Source of the DNA: an uncultured Chloroflexales bacterium | GTDB taxonomy: Bacteria > Chloroflexota > Chloroflexia > Chloroflexales > Chloroflexaceae | Assembly: GCA_937902315.1 (NCBI GenBank) | Contig: CALGUG010000019.1 | Span: forward strand, 8,426 to 72,425 | Length of the DNA stretch: 64,000 nt | Direction: 5' to 3' | Shown: positions 37,162 to 45,818 of the stretch, one piece after another | Layout of the letters: each line of letters begins with the position of its first letter | How positions within the stretch are numbered: the stretch's first letter is position 1 | Made by a program: the position numbers and the translations under genes | Notes under the pieces: generated by a model | Databases searched by the model: none | What the model saw: the letters and a program-made list of their open reading frames with translations, nothing else | What the model was told of the DNA's origin: nothing

Positions 37162-38619
37162 ATGAAGATTACGGTACGTCAAGCTGATCTGCTTCAGGAA
37201 ACGACCGATTTACTCGTTCTTAGTGTATACGAGTCTGAAACATTGCCAGAGTCGATTGCGAACTTGATCGAAGCTGAAGACTTCTCTGGTAGTGCAAAAC
37301 AACAGTTGCTCGTGTATACTCGAGGTGCCCTGCCTGCAAAACGGCTCTTGTTGCAGGGCTTAGGCAAAGCCGAGAAGGCCAAGGCTGACCATATTCGCCA
37401 AGCTGCGGCTCAAGCGGCTCAGAAAGCGCGCGAACTCAAGGTTTCGAGTTATGTCAGCAACCTGCCGAGCGTGAACGGCCTCTCGCCACGCCAGGTGGCC
37501 CAAGCTGCTGGCGAAGGCGCTCTGCTCGGCTTGTATCGTTTCCTGCGCTACAAGACCGATTCCAAAGAGGCCGATCAGAAGGATCCCGAGAGCCTCACCT
37601 TCTTGGTATCGGCCGACGCTGAGGAAGCCAGCGCAGGTGCGGCCGCCGCTGAGGCGATCGCTCGCGGCGTCGCGTTTGCACGCGATCTCGCCAATAGTCC
37701 GCCCAACGAGGTCAATCCTGCCTATTTGGGCGATGCAGCTCTGGCTTTGGGCGAGCGTTTGGGCCTCAAGGTTACCGTCTATGGCCTTGAAGAGCTGAAA
37801 GAGCGCGGCTTCGGCGGTCTGCTCGCTGTGGGTCAAGGTTCGGCTTCGCCGCCCCGTTTCATCATTATGGAATACGGCCAAGCGGCTGAGGGCACGCCCA
37901 CGGTGGTGCTGGTTGGCAAAGGTATCACCTTCGACACCGGTGGTATCAGCATCAAACCTGCCGAGTCCATGGACAACATGAAGATGGACATGGGCGGTGC
38001 TGCCGCCGTCTTCGGCGCTATGCAGGCCGTCGCCGAACTGAAGCTACCTCTGCACGTGGTCGGTTTGGTCAGCTCGGCTGAAAACATGCCCAGCGGTACA
38101 GCCTATCGTCCGGGCGATGTGATCAAGACCCTGAGCGGCAAAACGGTCGAAGTGCTCAACACCGACGCCGAAGGCCGCATTGTACTGGCCGATGCGCTCT
38201 ACTACGCTCAGAGCTACAAACCTGCAGGTGTTGTCGACCTCGCTACTCTGACCGGAGCGATTATGGTTGCGCTTGGCCCGCACGCGATCGGTGCCATGGG
38301 CAACAGCCCCGAATTGATGGCACGACTGGTGCAAGCAGGTGAAATTTCGAGCGAGCGTGTTTGGGAACTACCGCTTTGGGATGAGTACCGCGAGATGGTC
38401 CGCAGCGATATCGCAGATGTTCGCAATACAGGTGGTGCTCGTTTTGGTGGCGCAATCACTGCTGCTGCCTTTCTCGATGCCTTTGTTGGCGATATGCCAT
38501 GGGTCCACCTTGATATCGCAGGCACAGCTTGGGGTGGCAGCAAGCCGTACCATGCCAAGGGTGCAACCGGTATAGGTGTACGGTTATTGGTGCAGATGCT
38601 GCAGGATTGGTCAGCATAA
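37162..38619 (+). CDS. pepA: leucyl aminopeptidase (M17)
   Basis: NTDAEGRIVLADAL M17 active-site signature and GITFDTGG motif. Confidence 0.9.
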   Translation: MKITVRQADLLQETTDLLVLSVYESETLPESIANLIEAEDFSGSAKQQLLVYTRGALPAKRLLLQGLGKAEKAKADHIRQAAAQAAQKARELKVSSYVSNLPSVNGLSPRQVAQAAGEGALLGLYRFLRYKTDSKEADQKDPESLTFLVSADAEEASAGAAAAEAIARGVAFARDLANSPPNEVNPAYLGDAALALGERLGLKVTVYGLEELKERGFGGLLAVGQGSASPPRFIIMEYGQAAEGTPTVVLVGKGITFDTGGISIKPAESMDNMKMDMGGAAAVFGAMQAVAELKLPLHVVGLVSSAENMPSGTAYRPGDVIKTLSGKTVEVLNTDAEGRIVLADALYYAQSYKPAGVVDLATLTGAIMVALGPHAIGAMGNSPELMARLVQAGEISSERVWELPLWDEYREMVRSDIADVRNTGGARFGGAITAAAFLDAFVGDMPWVHLDIAGTAWGGSKPYHAKGATGIGVRLLVQMLQDWSA

Positions 38620-38699
38620 ACACCCATTCCTGAAACTTATTTAGTACAACACGGCACAAGACATGCAATGGCGCATGCGTATTTAGGAGGGGTTGCTAG

Positions 38700-39614
38700 A
38701 TGGGGGACGAACGTTTTACCGTACGCGTATGGGGCGCCAGGGGAAGCTATCCGATGCCCGGCCCAACAACGTTGCGCTATGGGGGTAATACTACCTGTGT
38801 TGAGGTGCAGGTGGGAGGTCACACCCTGATTATCGATGCAGGAACCGGCATCATTAATCTTGGCTACGATCTGGTACGGCGCGCACGGGAGAACGGCGGG
38901 CAGCCAATAGTCGCGACGTTGCTCTTCACACATATGCATCACGACCATACCCAAGGCTTTCCGTTTTTCCCGCCAGCCTATCTGGGTTCCAGCATTCTGC
39001 ATATTGTTGGGCCGCGCACATTCGAGCAAGATCTTGAGGAGACGCTCAATCATGCGGTGCTGCCGCCGAGCTTCCCGGTCAGTCTGCATGAAATGCCATC
39101 GCTTAAGACCATCAGTAATTTGCGCGAGACAGAGATGGTCATTATGGATCCCGGTACGCATGCGCCACGCGTTGTTAACAGCTATCATTCGCACCTTGAT
39201 CTCTCGCCCGATGCGGTGCGTATTCGCGTTCTCAAGAGCTATGCTCATCCGAAGAGTGGAGTCTACATTTACCGGATCGAATGGCGCAACGCTTCTATGG
39301 TTTTTGCCTCCGACACCGAAGGCTATGTGGATACAGACCGCCGTATCGTAAACTTCGCGCGCGATACCGATCTGCTGATTCACGATTGCCAGTATTCGAG
39401 CGAACACTATGCCGCTTCAAAGCAGGGTTGGGGTCACAGCACCCCAGCCATGGCTTGTGCGGTCGCGCGTATGTGTGGCACTCGTCGTCTAGTGCTCTTT
39501 CATCACGAACCGCGCTACAGCGACGAGGCGATCGACGAGATCGAGCAGCAAGCTCGCGAGCTGTTCCCGCATACCGACGCCGCCTTTGAGGGCATGGAGA
39601 TCGATTTACTCTAG
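38700..39614 (+). CDS. MBL-fold metallo-hydrolase (RNase Z/PhnP-like subgroup)
   Basis: HMHHDHTQG motif. AGGAGGGG RBS. Confidence 0.65.
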   Translation: MGDERFTVRVWGARGSYPMPGPTTLRYGGNTTCVEVQVGGHTLIIDAGTGIINLGYDLVRRARENGGQPIVATLLFTHMHHDHTQGFPFFPPAYLGSSILHIVGPRTFEQDLEETLNHAVLPPSFPVSLHEMPSLKTISNLRETEMVIMDPGTHAPRVVNSYHSHLDLSPDAVRIRVLKSYAHPKSGVYIYRIEWRNASMVFASDTEGYVDTDRRIVNFARDTDLLIHDCQYSSEHYAASKQGWGHSTPAMACAVARMCGTRRLVLFHHEPRYSDEAIDEIEQQARELFPHTDAAFEGMEIDLL

Positions 39615-39629
39615 CATCTGATTCAAAAA

Positions 39630-39676
39630 GGGAGCGATTTCGTCACGGGTACGAAATCGCTCCCTTTTGCTTTTCT
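39630..39676 (+). terminator. rho-independent terminator
   Basis: GGGAGCGATTTCGT-cacgggt-ACGAAATCGCTCCC 14-bp stem followed by TTTTGCTTTTCT, immediately after the MBL gene stop. Confidence 0.8.
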
Positions 39677-39727
39677 ATCAACCTCGCTCTTGTATTTCAT
39701 CTGCCAGTTTAGCGCTCTAGCGGAGAG

Positions 39728-39800
39728 GTCTCTGGCCCAAACAAGCTTTTGGCGCGTCCGCCTACGGCTACCAACATCCCGCCCGCAAGCAGAGGCGTAT
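39728..39800. repeat. family A terminus (half copy)
   Basis: GGAGAGGTCTCTGGCCCAAACAAGCTTTTGGCGCGTCCGCCTACGGCTACCAACATCCCGCCCGCAA. Confidence 0.55.
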
Positions 39801-39848
39801 TCCTTTGTGTCGAAAGGCCGCCCCAAAACCTAACACTACAGTAGACGC

Positions 39849-39958
39849 CATACCAAATCAGCTTAAAGACTGGTTTCTTTCGCAATACGTGAAAACCAAA
39901 AGCGGGGAAGTTGTTGAGTGAAATTTCGCGCGACGGCACGAAGTTTCACTCAACAAAA
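39849..39958. repeat. family B copy, reverse orientation, truncated on one side; hairpin GTTGAGTGAAATTTCGCGCGACGGCACGAAGTTTCACTCAAC
   Basis: ATACCAAATCAGC terminus then the hairpin. Ends 10 bp before the histidine kinase stop codon. Confidence 0.55.
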
Positions 39959-39967
39959 ATAGCCAAG

Positions 39968-42900
39968 TTATAGATCGATGGTAACGATCGGCAGCGTGAA
40001 GTAGAAGGTGCTTCCTTTGCCGACCGTGCTTGTTACACCGATCGTTCCGCCGTGCGCTTCGGCGACCAGTTTGCAGAAGGTCAGCCCCAGACCTGTGCCG
40101 CCCCGACGCTCGCCCGCCTGCCCGAACTTATCGAAGATCTTGGCCAGATCTTTCTCTGCAATGCCGATGCCTTGATCGCTGACGCTCACCTTGACCACGC
40201 GGTCGTTGATGATAGTTAAAGGCGGCAGCTCATCTTGAATGGCCGTGTCTTCGTATAAGCCGCTCTCATCGCGCGCGATGAACGATGGCCCGTTCTCAAC
40301 CTCTTCGATGCAGGCTTGCACCCGAATCGTGCTGCCACGCTCGCTGAACTTCAGGGCGTTGTCGATCAGGTTTTGCAGCACGCGCACGATCAGCTCGCCA
40401 TCGGCATAGATCAACGGCAACTGTTCGGGGATCTCGCTCTGAATCGTGATATCGCGGTCGCGTGCCTGCGGCAGAATGCGGTTGGCGGCCCGTCGCACCA
40501 GAACGCTGAGCGGCTGCGGCATGCGGTTCATAGGCATGCGCCCCGATTCGAGTCGGCTGATATCGAGCATCAGGTTGACCATTTCGAGCATTTGCTGCGC
40601 GCTGGTATGGGCGATCGTCAGAATGCTGCGCTGGTTCTCGCTGATCGGCCCGGTCACGCCCTTAAACAGCATATCGATCGAGGTCATTACGCTGGTGATC
40701 GGGCTGCGCATATCGTGCACGATCATATTGGTCAGATCTTGGCGCAGGCGTTCGGCCTCTTTGGCGCTGGTGATATCGCGCAGAATCAGCAACAGACCCT
40801 CGCGCTTCTCTTTGCCATAGGCGGCTAGGCTCATCCAGTCCAGCGAACAGACCTTCGGCGTCAGTTGGTTGAGCTGGCCTTGCACAACCTCTTGGCTGTC
40901 GCGCATTACGGCTTGAATACCCTCGCGCAGCGCCAACCATTCGCTATCGGGATAGTTAGCGTTGCTCTGCCACAGTTCTAAAAATTCCGAAAGGCTGCGG
41001 CCTTCCAGGCGCGTATCGATATCGCAGAGCTGATAGGTCGCGCTGTTGGCGACGGCGATGCGCTCGTGCGGATCGATCAGCAGAATGCCATCGTGGGTAG
41101 AGGCCATAATCGCTGCCAGCTGATCGCGACCACGGTTGACCGCGCTCCACAGGCGCAGGTTAGCCGCAGCGGCAGCGGCCTGACCAGCGAAGAGCGTCAA
41201 CATCTCGAGGTCGGCGGCGGGCGGCAAGACCTCGCCATAGCCCACACAAAGCACCCCAAGCGTATTGGGCGCTGTGCGCAGCGGCACTGTGACCAGAATA
41301 TGGGTGGCCTGACCGGGTGAGCGGATCTGTTCGCTCGGCAAGGTATAGACCTCGGGTCGATTGGTGATCAGCGCGTGTTGCGCGTGCAGATGAACCAACT
41401 CGGGGTCCATGTCGAGCTGGCCGATATGCACCAGCGGCGTTTTAGAAAGCTCGACCGAGTCTTCGGGGTTCTGCCCTTTATTCAGCAGAACACAAGCTCC
41501 GAGAGCGTGCGAGACTTCGATCACGCCCCGCGCCGTCATACTGAAGATCTCCTCTTCCGATTGGATGAGGGTGTTGATCGCCATGCCCAAGGCGTTCAGC
41601 GCGGTGAGGCTGCGCAAGCTATGAGCCTGCTCTTCGTAGAGGCGCGCGTTTTCGATTGCGACGGCCGCTTGGTTGGCAAAAATCTCTAAGATCTGAACCT
41701 GATCGGCGGTTGGCAGCGTGTTGTCGATCGGGTGCTGTACGCGTAGGAAGCCCAGCAGATTTTTAGAGTTGTCGACCATAATCGTCAATAAGACGTCGCG
41801 TGGGTCCCAAGCGCCCGGTGGAATCGGCTCAGTCACCTCTGGCGGTTGTTCATCGTTCCAGAGCGCAAAGTAGTCCGCACTGCGATGGTCGATCAAATAG
41901 GTTGAAGCGCCGCGCTGGAATTCGGGCCGCAGTAGCTCGGTGAAGGCTTGTAGCGAGACCGAATCGCGCTGTTTGATGCCGTTTGGCGCGCTGGTTGTGA
42001 TACGCTGTAGATAGGGTTGGTTGCTATGGTTGTGCATCACCAAGGCGATCGAGGCCTCTGCAAAGCCTGTGCTGCGGCTGACCGCTTGCGTGACCTGCCA
42101 AACCAGATCGGTGAGGCGTTGCTCGGCTCGCAGCGCATTGCCAACTTCGAGAATCTCGCGTAGTTGGTTGTTGGTGCGGTCGAGCTCGCGGGCGCGTTGA
42201 GCCAGCGCTTGGTCGACTTGGGCGAAGCGTCGGGCGTTCTCGAGCGCGATCACTGCTTGATCGCTGGCAGCCTCGATCAGGCGTTTATCTTCTTCGGTAA
42301 AGATACGACCGCCGCGCTTGTTAACCACCTCCATCACGCCTTGGATCTTGTTTCCGGCTCGCAGCGGAACCGCCAAGATCGTGCGGGTTGTAAAGCCGGT
42401 TTGGCTGTCGGTGTTGGCGTAGAAGCGTCCATCTTCGCGCACATTGTTGACCATCGTCGCGCGGCCTGTGCTTAGTACATTGCCCGCGATGCCAACCCCG
42501 CGCGGAATGCGCTGGCCGATCAACTGGTTGCCCGCCGGACCGCCCGCGAAGGCGAACACTAAGTCGCCACTCTCTTCGTCGAGCAGCAGCAGCGAACCCT
42601 CTTCGGCTTCCAGCAGTTCTTGAACGTGCTGCATAATCAGCGAGGGCACCTTCTCGGAATCGAGCGTCGACGTGATCGAGCGGCCGATATGGTTCAGATA
42701 GTTGAGTTGACGGGCGTGGCGCTCGGCCCGTTCGTAGAGCCGCGCGTTCAGTACGGCAACGCTGGCTTGGGCCGCGATCGACTGAAGCAGGTCGAAATGC
42801 TCGCTGGTATAGGCGTAATCGGGGCGATCACAGCTTACCGTCATCACACCCAAGATCTCTTCTTGGGCCAAAATCGGCACACACATCCAAGCGTTGTTGG

Positions 42901-43729
42901 TCACTTGATTGACCAACGAACGAGGGGTGATATTGCGCTTAATGCATTCGTCAGTGTAGTGGCGGGTCAATAAGCCAGTGCGGTTGCGCACCACTACATC
43001 GAGTAAACCTACGTTGGGTGGAATAAAACTCGGCGCAGCGATGGGGTTCCCGCCATGCACGACATAGAGCGGCCGCAGAATATGCTGTTGCTCGTCGTAG
43101 AGCGCGATGTAGAAGTTCGGCGCATACAACAGCCGACTGACAGCCTGATAGATGGCCTTCGGAAGTTCGTCGATATGTAATAGGCTGCTAAGCGTTTGAC
43201 CGATCTCGTTTAGCGTACGCAGCTGCAGTATCTGAGTCTGCGAGATCTCTTCAGGGAGAAAGACCTGCAAGGTAGGGGTCAGAACGGCACAGAGCATCTG
43301 TAAAGCCGTAACCTGATCGGGTTGACAGGCCGTCGTGCTGTTCATCAGGGTGATCCAGCCATGCAGCTTGCCACGTAAGCGGAGCGGGCACCAGTAGGCT
43401 AGATCGTCATCTATGATAAACTCGCCGTTTGCTAGGCGATTGAGCATTCTTTTTGGAGGTGAGGTTATGCGATGATCGATGGCGTCGCAACGAGAATCAA
43501 GAACCTGGTAGCTCTTTTGGACGTTCCAGACTACACAAAAGCTTGACCCCGGCAGGATCGTATCGATATAGACCGCGCAGCGATCGAGCACGGCATGGAC
43601 GTCATTTGCTTGCGGCAGCGTCTCTGCGAGCTGCTGATAGAAGCGTAGTAATTCAAATTCAAGTGAAGGGGGACTACCCATGATTATTGCCAGTAACTTA
43701 ACGGCGAACCATAAAACGTGGCACGTCAC
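39968..43729 (-). CDS. multi-GAF/PAS sensor histidine kinase (HisKA + HATPase_c), 1253 aa
   Basis: Several GAF-like blocks and a PAS region. HisKA H-box (…IVHDMRSPIT…), C-terminal HATPase (GTGLGLTFCKLVAEAHGG). GTG start overlaps the rnhB stop by 4 bp; exact start uncertain. Confidence 0.8.
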   Translation of the reverse strand: MTCHVLWFAVKLLAIIMGSPPSLEFELLRFYQQLAETLPQANDVHAVLDRCAVYIDTILPGSSFCVVWNVQKSYQVLDSRCDAIDHRITSPPKRMLNRLANGEFIIDDDLAYWCPLRLRGKLHGWITLMNSTTACQPDQVTALQMLCAVLTPTLQVFLPEEISQTQILQLRTLNEIGQTLSSLLHIDELPKAIYQAVSRLLYAPNFYIALYDEQQHILRPLYVVHGGNPIAAPSFIPPNVGLLDVVVRNRTGLLTRHYTDECIKRNITPRSLVNQVTNNAWMCVPILAQEEILGVMTVSCDRPDYAYTSEHFDLLQSIAAQASVAVLNARLYERAERHARQLNYLNHIGRSITSTLDSEKVPSLIMQHVQELLEAEEGSLLLLDEESGDLVFAFAGGPAGNQLIGQRIPRGVGIAGNVLSTGRATMVNNVREDGRFYANTDSQTGFTTRTILAVPLRAGNKIQGVMEVVNKRGGRIFTEEDKRLIEAASDQAVIALENARRFAQVDQALAQRARELDRTNNQLREILEVGNALRAEQRLTDLVWQVTQAVSRSTGFAEASIALVMHNHSNQPYLQRITTSAPNGIKQRDSVSLQAFTELLRPEFQRGASTYLIDHRSADYFALWNDEQPPEVTEPIPPGAWDPRDVLLTIMVDNSKNLLGFLRVQHPIDNTLPTADQVQILEIFANQAAVAIENARLYEEQAHSLRSLTALNALGMAINTLIQSEEEIFSMTARGVIEVSHALGACVLLNKGQNPEDSVELSKTPLVHIGQLDMDPELVHLHAQHALITNRPEVYTLPSEQIRSPGQATHILVTVPLRTAPNTLGVLCVGYGEVLPPAADLEMLTLFAGQAAAAAANLRLWSAVNRGRDQLAAIMASTHDGILLIDPHERIAVANSATYQLCDIDTRLEGRSLSEFLELWQSNANYPDSEWLALREGIQAVMRDSQEVVQGQLNQLTPKVCSLDWMSLAAYGKEKREGLLLILRDITSAKEAERLRQDLTNMIVHDMRSPITSVMTSIDMLFKGVTGPISENQRSILTIAHTSAQQMLEMVNLMLDISRLESGRMPMNRMPQPLSVLVRRAANRILPQARDRDITIQSEIPEQLPLIYADGELIVRVLQNLIDNALKFSERGSTIRVQACIEEVENGPSFIARDESGLYEDTAIQDELPPLTIINDRVVKVSVSDQGIGIAEKDLAKIFDKFGQAGERRGGTGLGLTFCKLVAEAHGGTIGVTSTVGKGSTFYFTLPIVTIDL

Positions 43730-44394
43730 CCAGAGTGTTCCGTTAGTATCTTAGCAGATAAACCAAATTTTGACAATCTTGTATTTGCTACTGGTTGAAA
43801 GGTGAAACGATGAATTTCACAGGGACCAAAGCGGTTTAATGCCGTTTGGTGTTGGGCTGTGCCATAGCCTTTGTGCTGCTCGAAGCCATAATCGGGATAG
43901 GCTCGGCTGGCGCTCTGCATGAGGCGATCGCGGGTAACTTTGGCGATAATTGATGCTGCTGCGATCGATAAGCTAGTGCTATCGCCCCGAATGATCGATT
44001 CTTGGCGAAAAGGCAGCTCTTTAAGTTTAACAGCATCGATCAAGAGTGCTTTGGGGAGCATAGGCAAACTGAAGATGGCACTGCTCATAGCCATTTTGGT
44101 GGCGGGCACAATGCCGAAAGCATCGATCAGGTAGGCGGGAATGATGCCCACCCCGATGCCGAGCGCGCAGGCTTGCACACGCTCGAAGCCCGAGTCGCGC
44201 TGCGTGGCCGAGAGCTGCTTGCTATCGTTAATGCCAGCGAGCAGGTTGGGGTTGGCATACACTTCTGGTTTTAAGATCACAGCGGCGGCCACCACTGGGC
44301 CTGCCCAGCAGCCACGTCCTGCTTCATCGATTCCGGCGATTAGATCAGCGCCTTCAGCGGCAAGGCGAAATTCATACTCAAGCGATGGTGTCAT
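43726..44394 (-). CDS. rnhB: ribonuclease HII
   Basis: DEAGRGCWAGPVV catalytic motif. The track start at 44400 is TTG; ATG at 44394 is more likely. Confidence 0.85.
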   Translation of the reverse strand: MTPSLEYEFRLAAEGADLIAGIDEAGRGCWAGPVVAAAVILKPEVYANPNLLAGINDSKQLSATQRDSGFERVQACALGIGVGIIPAYLIDAFGIVPATKMAMSSAIFSLPMLPKALLIDAVKLKELPFRQESIIRGDSTSLSIAAASIIAKVTRDRLMQSASRAYPDYGFEQHKGYGTAQHQTALNRFGPCEIHRFTFQPVANTRLSKFGLSAKILTEHSG

Positions 44395-45094
44395 AACCAA
44401 TAGTGGATCTTTCTTCAGGCTGAGCTACCAAGACCATTACACGGCTTTGGGCGACCGTCACCCAGTTGATCGTGCAAGCTAACCCCGCTTGGTGTAAGAC
44501 TGCGAGGCGTGGGTCGTGCGAAAGATCGGGCAGGTCAGCGCTGTGCTCGCTGCTACGGCTATGCAGCGAGCGTTGGAAGGTCAGCCAATAGGCGATATCA
44601 ACAAGCTGGGCGTAGAGATCGTGTTGCGTAAAGTGAGCAGCATCGACGAGCACAAAACGCCCGTTCGGTCGCAGCACACGCACAATCTCGCGTAAGGTAT
44701 CAGGATGTAGGATATAGTCGCTTGGAAAGGTCGAAAGCACGCTGTCGAAGCTTTGGTCGGCGAACGGGATCTTTTGGCTGCGGGCTTGTACAAGGTATGC
44801 GGCGTAGCCCGCTCGTGCCAGGCGTTTGCGGCTGTGCCCAAGCATAAAAGGTGAGGCATCGAGGCCGACGATCGGCAGCTTTTGTTGGGCGCGCGCTAAC
44901 TGAACATACCCTGTTCCGCAGCCAAGCTCTAAGACCTGACCTTCTAGGAAGGGCAGAGCGGCTTGCGTCCAGGCTTGCCACAGACCGCGCGATACCAGCC
45001 AAGCGACACTATCGTAGCTCCAAGCGTATTCGTTATAGAAGCGTTCAAAGGCCCAGCGCACAAAGCGGCGCTGTAGCTGAACGAGCAGAGCCAT
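44378..45094 (-). CDS. class I SAM-dependent methyltransferase
   Basis: VLELGCGTGY motif I. Overlaps rnhB by ~20 bp. Confidence 0.7.
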   Translation of the reverse strand: MALLVQLQRRFVRWAFERFYNEYAWSYDSVAWLVSRGLWQAWTQAALPFLEGQVLELGCGTGYVQLARAQQKLPIVGLDASPFMLGHSRKRLARAGYAAYLVQARSQKIPFADQSFDSVLSTFPSDYILHPDTLREIVRVLRPNGRFVLVDAAHFTQHDLYAQLVDIAYWLTFQRSLHSRSSEHSADLPDLSHDPRLAVLHQAGLACTINWVTVAQSRVMVLVAQPEERSTIGYDTIA

Positions 45095-45189
45095 GGCGGT
45101 CTTTCTCTCTAACGAATGGAAACCCTATAGTTGTGTTTTGGGGCGGCCTCTCCATACAGGCTGATACCGACGTCTTGTGATGAGCGCCC

Positions 45190-45245
45190 TGTTGATAGCC
45201 GTAGGCGGACGCGCTAGAAGCCTTTTTGGGGGAGAGACCTCGCCG
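45190..45245. repeat. family A terminus (half copy)
   Basis: GATAGCCGTAGGCGGACGCGCTAGAAGCCTTTTTGGGGGAGAGACCTCGCC. Confidence 0.55.
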
Positions 45246-45249
45246 CTAG

Positions 45250-45282
45250 CGTTTTGAAGCGTTAAAGCGGATTTGGTATAAA
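45250..45282. repeat. family B terminus fragment
   Basis: GTTTTGAAGCGTTAAAGCGGATTTGGTAT. Confidence 0.45.
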
Positions 45283-45320
45283 AAACTGGAGTGCAACATC
45301 CAAAAAGGGTGCAGCTCCAG
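45280..45320 (-). terminator. rho-independent terminator downstream of rplS (stem also followed by T-run on the plus strand)
   Basis: CTGGAGTGCA…TGCAGCTCCAG stem. TTTTTT follows on the minus strand and TTTTG on the plus strand. Confidence 0.55.
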
Positions 45321-45348
45321 TTTTGTAACGCCTATGTAAGCCGAAAAC

Positions 45349-45702
45349 TTAGCGGCGCTCGCGGATGCGGGCAGCCTTGCCGGTGAGGCCACGCAGGTAG
45401 TACAGCTTGCTGCGGCGAACCTTACCACGGCGGATCACCTTGATCGACTCCAGGCGGGGTGCGTGCAGCAGGAAGGTGCGCTCGACACCGATGCCGTTGG
45501 AGGCGATGCGGCGGACGGTGAAGTTTTCGTTGATGCCACTCGCGCGGCGGCTGATCACGACGCCTTCAAAAGGCTGAACGCGGTCGCGGTTACCTTCGGT
45601 AACCATTACGCCAACACGAACAGTATCGCCAACGCGGAAATCAGGGATTTCCTTTTTCATGATGCGAGCTTCAAGCTCATTAATTACTAAAGACTGAGTC
45701 AT
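45349..45702 (-). CDS. rplS: 50S ribosomal protein L19
   Basis: Full-length L19 similarity (…[10 protein letters not shown]…NGIGVERTF…). Confidence 0.95.
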   Translation of the reverse strand: MTQSLVINELEARIMKKEIPDFRVGDTVRVGVMVTEGNRDRVQPFEGVVISRRASGINENFTVRRIASNGIGVERTFLLHAPRLESIKVIRRGKVRRSKLYYLRGLTGKAARIRERR

Positions 45703-45818
45703 GGGAATTCTCTCTTAATAGTACACATAGGGTGGGCGGCGTTATTATAAACGCCGCCCACTCGGTTTGTCTGACCAGCTAGGGCGATTATAGCATAGAG
45801 ATGCTCATGGAGCAAATC

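Noticed and set aside
38637-39407. 256-aa minus-strand ORF antisense to the MBL-fold gene 38700-39614
   Set aside because: The sense-strand protein has a clear HxHxDH metallo-hydrolase motif and an RBS. The antisense ORF has neither.
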